DNA of 64,000 nucleotides, taken from a bacterium (lineage in GTDB: Bacteria; Actinomycetota; Acidimicrobiia; Spongiisociales; UBA5794). The position numbers and the translations under genes were made by a program. Below are positions 27,701 through 37,570 of the stretch, one piece after another (within the stretch, counting starts at the first letter, position 1; each line of letters starts with the position of its first letter). The notes under the pieces were generated by a model, which saw only the letters and a list, made by a program, of their open reading frames with translations, ran no database searches and was not told the origin of the DNA. Location: contig JAAELU010000422.1 in assembly GCA_024226255.1 (NCBI GenBank), forward strand, positions 2,353 to 66,352, written 5' to 3'.

Positions 27701-29154
27701 CCGTCGCCGACCCACTGGGCGACGTCGTGTCACGATACGCCAGGACGCACAGCCCCTTTGTGGCCACGGAAGCGGCCGGAGCGGTGGGCCTACCGGTGGC
27801 CGCCGTGAGCGAAGTCCTCGGCCGCCTCGAGCAGGCCAATCGGGTGAGCAGCGGCGCCTACCGCCCCCAGGGTCACGGGGAACACGAATGGGTCGATGTC
27901 GAGGTATTGCGACGCCTGCGGCGACGTTCGCTCGCCAAGCTGCGCAAGGACGTCGAGGCGGTCGAAGAAGCCACCTTGGGTCGATTCCTTCCCGCCTGGC
28001 ACGGCATCGGCAACACGACGTCTAATCCGAGTCGACTGCTCGACGTTGTCCGCTCGCTCCAGGGAGCGGCCTTACCGGCTAGCGAGCTGGAAACCTCCAT
28101 CCTTCCGGCACGGCTCAGCTACCAGCCGGCGATGCTCGATGATCTGTTGGCGTCTGGTGATCTGGTGTGGGTGGGTCGACAGCCGCTCGGGGCCAAAGAC
28201 GGTCGGATCACGTTCTACCTGCGAGAACAGGCCCCGCTGCTCCACTGGGGAATCGGGAATGACAGTCCCGACGGTCCAATCCACGACCGACTCCGCAACC
28301 ATCTGGCAGAACAAGGTGCGTCGTTCTTCCGGGACCTCTATGTGGCAGCCGATGGCGGCGATCCCAACGAGGTCGTCACTGCTCTCTGGGACTTGGTGTG
28401 GGCTGGAGAGATCACCAATGACACGTTGGCTCCCCTCCGTGCCTTCTTGTGGGGACGGCGTACGTCCCGCAGCAGGGGACGCCCGCAGCTATCAACGGCC
28501 ACTCCCCCGGCGGCATCGGGCCGCTGGTCGTTGGTGGACGGCCTGCTGGGGCATGGCGAGATGATCGCCGACGAATCCCGCGGGGCAGCACTCGCCGAGC
28601 AGATGATGACGCGCCATGGCATCGTCACTCGCGACGCGGTTCTCAGCGAAGGCATCCCCGGCGGATTCTCCGGGCTCTACCCGGTGTTCACTGCGCTCGA
28701 GGATGCCGGCAAGGCCAGGCGCGGATACTTCATCGAAGGTCGCGGTGGAGCCCAGTTCGCCCTTCCCGGCGCAGTTGATCGACTACGAGCTATCGACAAC
28801 ACCGGGATCGTCGTCATGAGCGCCGTCGATCCGGCAAACCCGTACGGGGCACTACTGCCCTGGCCGGAGAGCCCTGTCGGCACTCCCGCCCGACGAGCCG
28901 GAGCCGCAGTAGCCCTCGCCGACGGTGAACTTGTCGCCTATCTGGAAAAGGGAGGCCGCAAGGCACTCACGTTCGGCGACGCCAAAGAGAAGGCAAGCGC
29001 CGCTCTCATGGAACTGATATCTCGCCAAGCCCGCCCCAGAGCTCTCGAAACGATCAATGGTGAGGCGGCAGCCGGCACGGCCATCGGTACCGAATTGGTT
29101 GGTGCCGGCCTCAGGCCCGGCTACAAAGGGCTCACCATGCCAGGGCGCACCTAA
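24754..29154 (+). CDS. lhr: Lhr-family large ATP-dependent helicase
   Basis: 1466 aa; Walker A APTGSGKT, DEIH motif II, SAT motif, HHGS, QRVGRAGH motif VI; long Lhr-type C-terminal extension. Confidence 0.9.
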   Translation: MALHPFTDPTREWFESSFSEPTAAQVKGWKAISAGKHTLIHAPTGSGKTLAAFLWAIDRLSAEPAPPEKQRCRVLYVSPMKALAYDVERNLRAPLTGVQLAAQRLGVDQPPLSTAMRTGDTPQSERQSMLRHPPDILITTPESLYLMLTSQARQMLRTVRWVIIDEIHSVAATKRGSHLALSLERLTELAEVEPQRIGLSATQRPLEAIAEFLGGGTLAGDKWQPRPVAVVDAPWEKELDVRIVVPVADMTRPEETPVPPVNGVTPDPGEPAKRSIWPAMYPELLQLVRDHTSTLIFVNSRGLAERLAAELNRLAGEELVQSHHGSVSREQRIEIEGRLKRGELKAVVATSTLELGIDMAAIDLVLLVESPNSVARGLQRVGRAGHQVGAASVARVFPKHRGDLLETAVVVDRMYAGAIESTKIPSNPLDVLAQQVVAMTAVEPHSVDDIFGLIRRAGPYRDLTRGSLEAVLDMLAGRYPSDEFAELRPRIVWDRIEGVIDARSNARMLAVTNPGTIPDRGLYTVVLPEGGRVGELDEEMVYESRPGDTFVLGSSSWKISEINHDRVVVLPAEPGTAAKMPFWHGDGPGRPLELGRAVGAFVRRIGGLDREAAVSTLEERYRLEPWAACNLASFISEEKELTGALPTDRSIVVEQFRDEIGDWRVVVLSPFGSRVHAPWALAARRRYREANGGEVDVIWSDDGLMFRFPDVDTPPDAAALIIDPDELEELVLDEVGDSALFTARFREAASRSLLLPRRRPGSRTPLWLQRRRAADLLSVAKRYASFPVVLETYREILQDHFDLPAVTEVLRDIASRKTRVHQMELDSPSPMASSLMFDFIASFMYEYDAPIAEKRVAALTLDRSLLRELLGDPEFRDLLDSDVLESVELDLQRLSPERQITSMDQLHDMLNHLGPLSRQDIGSRNSQPDETTHWIDELIAQRRIVEVRVAGREVLAAVEDVSRLRDALGVTPPPGVAESLLESVADPLGDVVSRYARTHSPFVATEAAGAVGLPVAAVSEVLGRLEQANRVSSGAYRPQGHGEHEWVDVEVLRRLRRRSLAKLRKDVEAVEEATLGRFLPAWHGIGNTTSNPSRLLDVVRSLQGAALPASELETSILPARLSYQPAMLDDLLASGDLVWVGRQPLGAKDGRITFYLREQAPLLHWGIGNDSPDGPIHDRLRNHLAEQGASFFRDLYVAADGGDPNEVVTALWDLVWAGEITNDTLAPLRAFLWGRRTSRSRGRPQLSTATPPAASGRWSLVDGLLGHGEMIADESRGAALAEQMMTRHGIVTRDAVLSEGIPGGFSGLYPVFTALEDAGKARRGYFIEGRGGAQFALPGAVDRLRAIDNTGIVVMSAVDPANPYGALLPWPESPVGTPARRAGAAVALADGELVAYLEKGGRKALTFGDAKEKASAALMELISRQARPRALETINGEAAAGTAIGTELVGAGLRPGYKGLTMPGRT

Positions 29155-29168
29155 CGGAGGCCGGTCGT

Positions 29169-29555
29169 ATGGAAGATGCCATTGACGCCACATTTGCCGA
29201 AATCCGCCGCCTCAGCGACCTCATTGCATCCGCTCCCTCAGATGCCGCCAGAGAGGCTCTCGAGCAGAAACGAGAGGCTCTCCGGAAGCAGGCCCATGCC
29301 CTGGCTGATGCCACCAAGTCGGTGCCGCAGCTCGAGGCCGAACTCGCCAACGTCGTTGCCAGGCTCGCCGCAATGGACGAGACCCAGATCAAGCCGGCGT
29401 GGGTCGAGGGTCACAAGTGGATCAACGACCCTTCAGCATATCGGCGCCGGATCAACGAGTCGATCGAAGACAATGACGCTCCCCAACGCGATCAACTCGA
29501 GACCCGCCGCAACGAATTGCGAGCGGCGCTGCGGACCGCAGTTCAGCCCGACTGA
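29169..29555 (+). CDS. small alpha-helical/coiled-coil protein, function unknown (starts 15 nt after the lhr stop)
   Basis: 128 aa, charged heptad-like sequence (EALEQKREALRKQAHALADATK...); no motif recognised. Confidence 0.5.
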   Translation: MEDAIDATFAEIRRLSDLIASAPSDAAREALEQKREALRKQAHALADATKSVPQLEAELANVVARLAAMDETQIKPAWVEGHKWINDPSAYRRRINESIEDNDAPQRDQLETRRNELRAALRTAVQPD

Positions 29556-29842
29556 ACCCGGTGAAGATCGGCAAATAGGAAGATCCCGGCGCTGTGGCCA
29601 TCAGGCGCAAAAACAAAGCTGATCGCGTAGCTGCCCACCAGCGAGGCCGACACGATCCGAGCGGCTTCGTGCACGGCGACTGTTCGTTGCTCGGGGGGTC
29701 GCTCGCGACACTCGGCGCACTGACAGAATGCGCGCAGTTCGGGACCGGTCATCCTGGTAGTGGCCCCATCTGCCCAGGCGATCTCGAGGTGCTCCCCCTC
29801 GATCACCTCGATCCTCAGTGGCTCTGGGATCTCCTCAGCCAC
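29543..29842 (-). CDS. DUF971-family protein
   Basis: CQCAEC motif and ~100 aa length characteristic of DUF971. Confidence 0.7.
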   Translation of the reverse strand: MAEEIPEPLRIEVIEGEHLEIAWADGATTRMTGPELRAFCQCAECRERPPEQRTVAVHEAARIVSASLVGSYAISFVFAPDGHSAGIFLFADLHRVQSG

Positions 29843-30608
29843 CGATGCTGCTCACCGACGTCGCTCCGGTCACGCCGCCGTCCACCGGCAGATTGATGCC
29901 TGTAATCCATGATGCCTCGTCCGATACCAGAAACATCACCGCAGCTGCAATGTCGGAGGGCTCCCCGATTCGCTGCAGCGGATGTGAGGCCGCCACCTGT
30001 TCTTCAATGCCCTCCCACAGCGCCGCCGCCAGCTTGGTGCGGACCACCGACGGCGCTATCGAGTTCACGCGCACGGACGGCGCAAATTCCATAGCGAGCT
30101 GCCTTGTCAGATGGATGACAGCGGCCTTCGAGATGTTGTACGCCCCGATGATCGGGCTGGGAGCCATGCCACCGACCGAAGCGATGTTGACGATCGCCCC
30201 GCCGTGATCCGACATGTAGTGCCGCCACGCCGCCCGCGACCAGAGGAGCGGACCGAGCTGGTTGACCTCCCACGTCTTGCCGACTGCACCGAGGTCCACA
30301 CTCGCCAGATCGCCCGCCGACGGATTGGTGCCGGCATTGTTGATCAAGATGTCACAGCTGCCGAACCTGCGGATGACAGCCTGGACGGTCGCGTCGGCAG
30401 CCTCCTCGCTGTCAGCCCGAGCCGCGAATGAAATGAGGCGCTCCGAGGTGCCGATACGTTCAACAGCTTCAGCCAGGTTCTCCTCACGGCGGCTTGTGAT
30501 TGCCACACCTTTGGCTCCGCTCGCGAGCAGCAAAGCGGCGGTGGCCTCTCCAATGCCCCGACTTGCTCCAGTGACGATTGCGACCTTGCCGGCAGCTGTC
30601 AGTTCCAC
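29835..30608 (-). CDS. SDR-family oxidoreductase (FabG-like)
   Basis: TGASRGIG cofactor motif, NNAG, catalytic YxxxK (YNISKAAV). Confidence 0.85.
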   Translation of the reverse strand: MELTAAGKVAIVTGASRGIGEATAALLLASGAKGVAITSRREENLAEAVERIGTSERLISFAARADSEEAADATVQAVIRRFGSCDILINNAGTNPSAGDLASVDLGAVGKTWEVNQLGPLLWSRAAWRHYMSDHGGAIVNIASVGGMAPSPIIGAYNISKAAVIHLTRQLAMEFAPSVRVNSIAPSVVRTKLAAALWEGIEEQVAASHPLQRIGEPSDIAAAVMFLVSDEASWITGINLPVDGGVTGATSVSSIGG

Positions 30609-30649
30609 GATGCCTCCACGTCCTTCAATGGCCGCCTAGCCTGACGCCG

Positions 30650-31861
30650 TCATGAAGGCGGCGTGGCGGGCAGCTGGAAAACTACCTTGCCACCATCGGC
30701 CGCTTCGGCCCAAATTGATCCGCCGTGAGCCTCGACGAGGCCTCTTGCAATCGCCAAGCCGAGACCGGCGCCGCCATTTGCCCGGCTGCGTGAGGGATCT
30801 CCTGTGACGAAACCCTCGAATGCCTTCTCCATCATGTCGGGCGCGAACCCGGGTCCATGATCCATTACGGCAACACGAGCGCCCGCAACGTCTTTGACCT
30901 CCACGATCACCTGGGAGCCCGCCGGCGAGTAGCGGATGGCGTTGTCCACGAGGTTGCGGATGACCCGACCGATCTGGGCCGGACCCGCATCGGCGGGTAC
31001 CCGACCGTCCCCTTCCACGATGAGGTCGATCTCGCTCTGGCGGGCCACCGGTAGAAGGGCCTCGATTGATTCATCCGCCAACTCGGCGACATCCACCATC
31101 ATTCGATCGAATACGAGGCTGCCGGCCTCAATCGTTGAGAGGAGAAACAGATCGTCGACCAGTTGGGAAAGGGCATTGATATCCGCCCGCATCGAACCGA
31201 AGTAGCGCGGCGGGTCTGGAGCCAGGCCGTCCTCAAGAGCCTCGACGGCCGCTCGCAAAGCTGCCAGCGGCGAACGCAGATCATGACCAATTGACGATAG
31301 GAACTGGCGGCGGGCCGCCTGCTCTCGCGTTCGCTCCTCGGTGGCAGCCTGGAGCCGATCAATCATCTGATCGATTGCCCCGGCTGCCATGCCCAGCTCG
31401 TCGCTTCGCCCCACACCGGTGCGCACGTCAAGGTCCCCGTGACCGACGGCCTCAGCGGTAGACCTAATCCGAACGAGGTCTGCCGCAAGGGGCCGCGCCA
31501 ACGCAATCGCGGTAACCAAGCCCAGCCCGAGTCCGAAAGCAAGCACAACAACCAACACGGTCATGTCGTGGACCGTGAATGACATCAGGGCCGCCGACAG
31601 AGCGGCCGACAGTACGACGAGGCCAACAGTGAGCACGGCAATGACCACGACGGCAGTTTGTAGTGAGCCGAAGTGGACGAACCGCGGGAACAAGTAGCCC
31701 ACCGCACCCGCCAGAATCGCCATCGCGGCGAAAATAGCCAGGATCTGAAAGCGCTCGGTTCCCGATGGTCGCATCGTCACTTCGAACATGGCAATGCCGA
31801 ACACAACTATGCCCAAGAACCCGACGGCGGCCTTCATCTCATGGCTCGAATCGGTAGCCAA
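30650..31861 (-). CDS. two-component sensor histidine kinase
   Basis: Two N-terminal TM segments, HAMP-like linker, H-box SSIGHDLRSPLAAL, N/G boxes (DNAIRYSP, DHGPGF, GGAGLGLAI). Confidence 0.85.
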   Translation of the reverse strand: MATDSSHEMKAAVGFLGIVVFGIAMFEVTMRPSGTERFQILAIFAAMAILAGAVGYLFPRFVHFGSLQTAVVVIAVLTVGLVVLSAALSAALMSFTVHDMTVLVVVLAFGLGLGLVTAIALARPLAADLVRIRSTAEAVGHGDLDVRTGVGRSDELGMAAGAIDQMIDRLQAATEERTREQAARRQFLSSIGHDLRSPLAALRAAVEALEDGLAPDPPRYFGSMRADINALSQLVDDLFLLSTIEAGSLVFDRMMVDVAELADESIEALLPVARQSEIDLIVEGDGRVPADAGPAQIGRVIRNLVDNAIRYSPAGSQVIVEVKDVAGARVAVMDHGPGFAPDMMEKAFEGFVTGDPSRSRANGGAGLGLAIARGLVEAHGGSIWAEAADGGKVVFQLPATPPS

Positions 31862-32567
31862 CGCCCCACACCGTGTGGAGCCATCGCGGGTTCTCGGCGT
31901 CAGCCTCGAGCTTTTGGCGCAGCCGACGTACGTGAACGGTCACAGTGGAAGGATCCTGAAAGTCCGCAGAAGAGTCCCACACCTGCTCGAGCAGTTGGGA
32001 GCGGCTGAAAACCTGCCGTGGAGAGCTGGAAAGGTAGGCCAGCAGGTCGAACTCCTTTGGTGTCGTTGGCACTACCTCTCCGCTGAGGGTCACCTCCCGA
32101 GTTACGCCATCGATCTTCAGTTCCCCGAACTCGGCGGTTGCTTCGGCACGTCGCGGCTGGGAACGGCGCAACACGGAACGGACTCGGGCCGCCAATTCGC
32201 GCGGTGAGAAGGGCTTCACCACATAGTCGTCGGCACCCAGCTCCAGGCCGAGCACCCGATCTGGCTCCTCGGTTCGAGCCGTGAGCAAGATCACGGGGGT
32301 GTCACTGGTCCGGCGGATCCTCCCGAGAACGTCGAACCCGTCGATCTCGGGCAACATCACGTCGAGCACAACCAGGTCGGGGCGCGCCTCCGCAATCGCC
32401 GCCAAAGCCTCCGCTCCACTGGTGGCAGTGGCAACCTGGAAGCCATCGCGTTCGAGATAGGCGGTGACCACCTCGAGGACCATCGGTTCATCGTCCACTA
32501 CGAGAACGCGCGAGGGACTGGCGTCGGTTGATGTCATAGACGCCATCGTATCGGAGCCGGTCAACAA
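31839..32567 (-). CDS. OmpR/PhoB-family response regulator
   Basis: Receiver VLVVDDE...DLVVLDVMLP...K; winged-helix C-terminus (VWGVGYRF). Overlaps the downstream kinase start (operon). Start may be ATG 32546 or 32537. Confidence 0.85.
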   Translation of the reverse strand: MLTGSDTMASMTSTDASPSRVLVVDDEPMVLEVVTAYLERDGFQVATATSGAEALAAIAEARPDLVVLDVMLPEIDGFDVLGRIRRTSDTPVILLTARTEEPDRVLGLELGADDYVVKPFSPRELAARVRSVLRRSQPRRAEATAEFGELKIDGVTREVTLSGEVVPTTPKEFDLLAYLSSSPRQVFSRSQLLEQVWDSSADFQDPSTVTVHVRRLRQKLEADAENPRWLHTVWGVGYRFEP

Positions 32568-32663
32568 CTATGGGCACGAATTCGCTCGTTAATCGATTGT
32601 TCAGAAGCGCATCTACCCCGGATCGGAGGATGCGGGAGCCGGGCACGGCCCTAATATGCCGTC

Positions 32664-33179
32664 ATGCACGTACTCGTCGCCACCACCGGGGTCTTGACCC
32701 CGGGCCCGGTGGTTGAATTCGTCAAGCGTCTGCTGGGGGGCAGCGGCAAGTGCACCGTGACCACGGTCATCGAGGTTCCGCGCTCGTTCCTCGAAGAGCT
32801 ACGCGGTGACACGTGGCATCCGCTCGAAGATGGCGCCAGCGCATCGTGGACGGACGAGGAGGACGCCCTGATCGCCCGCTACGTCGACGAACGAGGCCGC
32901 CGCCTGACCGAACCACTGGTGGCGGCGCTTGATGCCTCCGGAGTCGAGTCGACGGCCGTATACCGCGAGGGGGAGGACCCTGCGGTGACGATTTCTCGAC
33001 TCGCCAAGGACATCGACGCAGGCGTGATCGTTCTGGGCGCTACACGCCAGATCTTTGATCAATCTGCATGGGAAAGCGTGTCGGCCCGCGTGATGCTCGA
33101 ATCTGGGCGTCCGGTCCTCGTGGTTCCGCCGCAGCAGAAGGAAGCCATCGACGACAAGACGGAGGCCGTCGTCGACTAG
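32664..33179 (+). CDS. universal stress protein (UspA family)
   Basis: MHVLVATTG start; C-terminal GVIVLGATRQ ... VLVVP ATP-binding blocks. Confidence 0.8.
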   Translation: MHVLVATTGVLTPGPVVEFVKRLLGGSGKCTVTTVIEVPRSFLEELRGDTWHPLEDGASASWTDEEDALIARYVDERGRRLTEPLVAALDASGVESTAVYREGEDPAVTISRLAKDIDAGVIVLGATRQIFDQSAWESVSARVMLESGRPVLVVPPQQKEAIDDKTEAVVD

Positions 33180-33733
33180 GAGTCCGCCGGTTCCACGCCG
33201 AGCAGCTCGCGCAGGATCGCCGCGGTCTGCCAAACGAAATCATCCTGATCGGTGTTGAGATGATCGCGGACATCGCTGAGCGACCACCAGGCCGGAGCTG
33301 CGGACTCCCCGACGAGGGGACGTGGGACTCCCTCTCCAATGCACTCGAAGGTGACTAGGACCGCCGGGTAGGCACCGTGCAGCCCGGCAATGACAGCCGC
33401 CGGGCGCGAAGCCTCCAAAGACAGGCCGGCCGGAAAGTCGTACTTCGCAAATCCGGACAGCATCTCCGTCACTGAGACACCGGTTTCCTCGAACACTTCA
33501 CGGGTGACAGCCGCCTCCGCCGATTCGCCGGCGTTCCACCGGCCACCCGGAATCTCCAGCCGTCCTCGGACGACCTCCCCGGGCTTATCGCGGCGCTGCA
33601 GCAGCATCGACGCCCGATCGACCGAATACACCACGGCGGCGACATTTGGCACGACGAGGCCGGCACCGCCCATCGACGGGACCTGCACCTCGACCCATTC
33701 CTCGCCGGTCCACACCGGGTAGTCGACACTCAC
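33176..33733 (-). CDS. NUDIX hydrolase
   Basis: Nudix box GGRWNAGESAEAAVTREVFEETG. Confidence 0.8.
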   Translation of the reverse strand: MSVDYPVWTGEEWVEVQVPSMGGAGLVVPNVAAVVYSVDRASMLLQRRDKPGEVVRGRLEIPGGRWNAGESAEAAVTREVFEETGVSVTEMLSGFAKYDFPAGLSLEASRPAAVIAGLHGAYPAVLVTFECIGEGVPRPLVGESAAPAWWSLSDVRDHLNTDQDDFVWQTAAILRELLGVEPADS

Positions 33734-34263
33734 GAGTGAGGCACCGCAACGACAAGTCCATTCCCACAGAAACCATCAACTGAGTCGCGGGCCGCGACTT
33801 CGACCTCGAGGACGTCACGGGATATCGCAACATTTGCTAGCGACCGAGTGAAAGGCTGCTCGTTGGCGTGGGGGTGGGTGAGGACCCGGATGCCGAGCAC
33901 CTGGCCCTGACCGTCACGAACCTCCCATGCATCGGCGTAGCTGACTCCCTCGATGTCGGTTGATCGAACCGTCGTATTGACGTTGAAGACGCCCGGCGCG
34001 GTCTCAATCAGTTCGACTGCCAGTACCTCGGGACAGTCGACTGCACCCAAAGGCGACGTCGTTGCAGGCGACGTCGTCACGGGGGTTGTCGTCGCCGGCT
34101 CCGGGTCGGCGGGAGCGGCGCTCTGCAGCGTCGTTGTCGCCGAGGTCGCCGGTTCCTCGCTGGAGCCACAAGAGGATGCCACAAGAACGAACCCGATGAT
34201 TATGAGCCCGAGTGAGTAACTGCGGTTGTTTCGCTCCAAGATTGCCACGTCACCCTCCCACAT
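33730..34263 (-). CDS. lipoprotein of unknown function
   Basis: Signal plus lipobox (LVASSCGS), Thr/Pro-rich linker, ~100-aa globular C-terminus. Confidence 0.5.
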   Translation of the reverse strand: MWEGDVAILERNNRSYSLGLIIIGFVLVASSCGSSEEPATSATTTLQSAAPADPEPATTTPVTTSPATTSPLGAVDCPEVLAVELIETAPGVFNVNTTVRSTDIEGVSYADAWEVRDGQGQVLGIRVLTHPHANEQPFTRSLANVAISRDVLEVEVAARDSVDGFCGNGLVVAVPHS

Positions 34264-34846
34264 CGAGAACGGTCAGTTCGGACCCGGGACAAGTCAGCTG
34301 TACCTCGACACCTGCCGCGTTGTCGTTGAGGGCGCGACATGCCTGGTCAACTCGCAGTTGGGCGTCGGCGTACGAGGATGCCGCCAAGACACTCCCCAGA
34401 GCCTCCAAATCGGCCGCAGACTGCAGCAAGGCGACCGTCGCCGGACCGCTTTGAGCCCAGTTGGCAAATGCATCGACGAACTCGGCGTGCCGAGTGGCGA
34501 TGAGCTTCGGTGGAACCAAGACATCGACCCGGTCTCCGAATACCTCCAGCTGGGCGATGTGGGCTTCAATGATTGTCTGCATTTTCGTCCGACTCACGGA
34601 GACGATCTCTTCGAGAGCCCGATCCGCAGCACCTGGAACTGACACGTCGATTGCCGCCACCAGCGACTCGAGTTCGCTCTCCAACTCGGTGGCAAATCGG
34701 TCCGTCAAATCCCTGGTCGCCAAATCGAGGCGGGCCAGTTCGTTCTCGACGGCCGGAAAATAGTCCGCTGCAGCCAGGGGCGGCGCCGAACCGCACGCCA
34801 CGGTGAGCGAGGCCACGAGCAGCGCCAGGGCGCTAATTCTCCGCAA
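34250..34846 (-). CDS. lipoprotein of unknown function
   Basis: Probable TTG start 34844-34846 overlapping the ABC-exporter stop; LRRISALALLVASLTVACGS lipobox; helical Ala/Leu/Glu-rich body. The upstream part of the listed ORF is rejected. Confidence 0.5.
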   Translation of the reverse strand: MRRISALALLVASLTVACGSAPPLAAADYFPAVENELARLDLATRDLTDRFATELESELESLVAAIDVSVPGAADRALEEIVSVSRTKMQTIIEAHIAQLEVFGDRVDVLVPPKLIATRHAEFVDAFANWAQSGPATVALLQSAADLEALGSVLAASSYADAQLRVDQACRALNDNAAGVEVQLTCPGSELTVLDVGG

Positions 34847-36665
34847 GGCCCGCCTCGACCGCTCGGAACTGCGTCCGGTAGAGCTCGGCGTACAAGCCGC
34901 CGTGGGCCAACAGCTCGTCGTGGGTGCCCTGCTCGACGACGCTCCCCTGGTCGAGCACAACAATGCGATCGGCGGAGAGAATCGTCGACAAACGATGGGC
35001 TATCACCAGCGAGGTGCGCCCCTGCATCACCGTCTCCAGAGCATCCTGGATCATCAGCTCTGACTGCGCATCCAGGTGCGAAGTCGCTTCATCGAGGATG
35101 AGGATGCGTGGATCCTTGAGGATGACGCGGGCGATGGCCATCCGTTGCTTCTCTCCACCGGACAACCGATAGCCGCGTTCGCCAACCAGGGTGTCGTAGC
35201 CCTGAGGTAGGGAGTCGATGAACTCGGCGATGTTCGCCGCCTCCGCGGCGGCTCGAATCTCCTCGGGGGTGGCGTCCTGGCTGGCGTAGCTGAGGTTGGC
35301 TCCGATCGTGTCATGGAACAGATAGGACTCCTGGGTGACTACCCCGATGCCCCTGGCAAGTTCGAGTAGGTCCCATTCGCGGACATCGTGCCCGTCGACC
35401 AACACCGCCCCGGAGGTGACGTCATAGAGGCGGGGTACCAAGTATGTGGTGGTGGTCTTGCCGGCGCCCGACGGGCCGACAAGAGCGACAAGTTCACCCG
35501 GCTCGACCTTGAAGGAAACCTCCGTCAGCGCCAAGGCCTCGGATGTTGGCCGGGGCGGACCATCGTCGCCTTCGGTCACGCCGCGCATCGTGAAACGCTG
35601 CACTGACTCGAGACCACCGGTGTTGCCGGCGGCATATGAGAAAGAGACGTCGCGGAACTCGACGGATCCCCTGACCGACTTCATCGTGATCGGCTCGGCC
35701 GGCTGGCTCACGTCGAGCGGAAGATCAAGCACCTCAAAAACCCGCTCGAACGAAACAAGTGACGTGGCAAATTCAACCCGTGCATTCGAGAGGCCGGACA
35801 GTGGCCCATAGAGCTGGCCGAGATAGGCCGAAAGGGCAACAAGGGTTCCGACGGTCAACGACCCGTTGATGACCATGACAGCGCCGGCCCAGAATACTGC
35901 GGCGGTGCCGATCGCGCTGGCGAGCCCCAGAGCCATGAAGAACCAGCGCCCAATGATCGCTTGGCGCACGCCAAGGTCCCGAACGCTCCCGGCGTTGCCG
36001 GAGAAGCGTGTCTCCTCGTAGCCGATTCGCCCAAACAGCTTGACCAACAGCGCCCCGGAAACGCTCAGGGTCTCTTGCATGTGGGCGGTCATCTCAGCGT
36101 TGTGCTCCATCTGGCTGCGCCGGACCTTCCGCAGCATTCGCCCCACCCGGCGCGAAGCAATGATGAACAGTGGCAGGATGGCCACCGCCAGCAACGTCAG
36201 CTTCCACTGCAGCTGGAGCATGACGACAAGAACGGCCACTACCGCAATGAGGTTTGAGACCAGAGTCACAAAGGTTCCTGTCACGGCCTGTTGGGCGCCA
36301 ACAACGTCATTGTTGAGCCGGCTCATCAGCTCGCCCGTGCGAGTGGAAGTGAAAAAGCCGAGGGACATTCGCTGCAAGTGGACATAGAGCTGGCGGCGCA
36401 GATCGAAGATGATTCCCTCGCCGATGAACGCGGACGCCCACCGTTGTAGCACGCCCACGGCACCGCTCACGAGTGGCACCACCACCATGGCCAGACCAAG
36501 CCGAGTCACCCAGCCCATGTCCTCTGCCGGGATGGCTCCGTCGATGAGGGAGCGCATCAGTAGCGGCGGCACCAAGCTGAGGCCGGTGATGATCAGGATC
36601 GTGACCAGAACCAATGCGATCAGCGTTCGATAGGGGCCTCCATAACCGATGACTCGTCGCAGCAA
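34833..36665 (-). CDS. fused permease/ATPase ABC exporter (MsbA-like)
   Basis: Six-TM N-domain; Walker A GPSGAGKTT, signature LSGGEKQR, Walker B ILILDEATS, H-loop. Confidence 0.9.
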   Translation of the reverse strand: MLRRVIGYGGPYRTLIALVLVTILIITGLSLVPPLLMRSLIDGAIPAEDMGWVTRLGLAMVVVPLVSGAVGVLQRWASAFIGEGIIFDLRRQLYVHLQRMSLGFFTSTRTGELMSRLNNDVVGAQQAVTGTFVTLVSNLIAVVAVLVVMLQLQWKLTLLAVAILPLFIIASRRVGRMLRKVRRSQMEHNAEMTAHMQETLSVSGALLVKLFGRIGYEETRFSGNAGSVRDLGVRQAIIGRWFFMALGLASAIGTAAVFWAGAVMVINGSLTVGTLVALSAYLGQLYGPLSGLSNARVEFATSLVSFERVFEVLDLPLDVSQPAEPITMKSVRGSVEFRDVSFSYAAGNTGGLESVQRFTMRGVTEGDDGPPRPTSEALALTEVSFKVEPGELVALVGPSGAGKTTTTYLVPRLYDVTSGAVLVDGHDVREWDLLELARGIGVVTQESYLFHDTIGANLSYASQDATPEEIRAAAEAANIAEFIDSLPQGYDTLVGERGYRLSGGEKQRMAIARVILKDPRILILDEATSHLDAQSELMIQDALETVMQGRTSLVIAHRLSTILSADRIVVLDQGSVVEQGTHDELLAHGGLYAELYRTQFRAVEAGLAEN

Positions 36666-36794
36666 GGCGCGATCGACCTCAGGACGATCCTGTCTTTCGT
36701 CGTAGCGGACGTACGACCACCAACCACCGGAATGGATAATGTCAGCCTCCTGGGACTTCAGCGTCCCGAGCTTAGGTGAGCCCTGCGACGTCGC

Positions 36795-37496
36795 TCACGT
36801 TGATGGCGGGATCTGCGAAGCGAGGCTGACGGTTGATTCGGCCATCTGCCAACAGAGTTCGTCGTTGACACCCGTACGGCAGAACAACTCGTACCGATAT
36901 AGGCCCGCGGTCCAACTCAAGCTCAACCCGGCGTCGACAATATCGGCAACGATGCCGTCGATGCGGAACTCTCCAGCCTCGCCGACCCGCAACACCGCCA
37001 GGCTGGCGTCTTGGATGCTGTACGGCTCGACGGGCCACAGCCCGAACGCCGCGGAGGACTCCACGTCGATCGTGGCCGAGGCGGTGTCGAAATTGAGCTG
37101 ACTAGTGACAAATCGCACGTCTTCGGGCACGACGCCCGGAAAAGCGACATTGGGCAGAACCTGCAGAATCTCCCTGCGGCTCGCCTGGTGCGATCGCTGA
37201 TGTGGATTCCGCTCCCAAACCTTGGCGACGACATAGTTCTTTTCGCCGGCGGCTTCACCTTCGATGCCGTCGTTCCACCACGTCAGGTCGGCCGAAATCA
37301 CGACCCCCAACGTCCTCTGCTCGTCGACCCGGATCGGAATCGTTGACGTGGTGGACAAGTCACCGAGCACGGCATCCTGAGACCGAGTCCCGACGCCGTC
37401 GAGCAGCCCGCCATCACCGCAGGCAGCCGCCAGCACTACGAACGCGCAGAGGGCGGCGACGCGGAACCACAATCGATCGAATCTGGAAACAGCCAC
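36795..37496 (-). CDS. lipoprotein of unknown function
   Basis: Signal plus lipobox LAAACGDG; 233 aa; no motif. Confidence 0.5.
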   Translation of the reverse strand: MAVSRFDRLWFRVAALCAFVVLAAACGDGGLLDGVGTRSQDAVLGDLSTTSTIPIRVDEQRTLGVVISADLTWWNDGIEGEAAGEKNYVVAKVWERNPHQRSHQASRREILQVLPNVAFPGVVPEDVRFVTSQLNFDTASATIDVESSAAFGLWPVEPYSIQDASLAVLRVGEAGEFRIDGIVADIVDAGLSLSWTAGLYRYELFCRTGVNDELCWQMAESTVSLASQIPPST

Positions 37497-37570
37497 CAGA
37501 CCAGGTTACCGGCGCTGCCGCACAAGTCAGCTGTATCGGACCGAGCGGCACTGGGTAATGTGCTCCCCCC

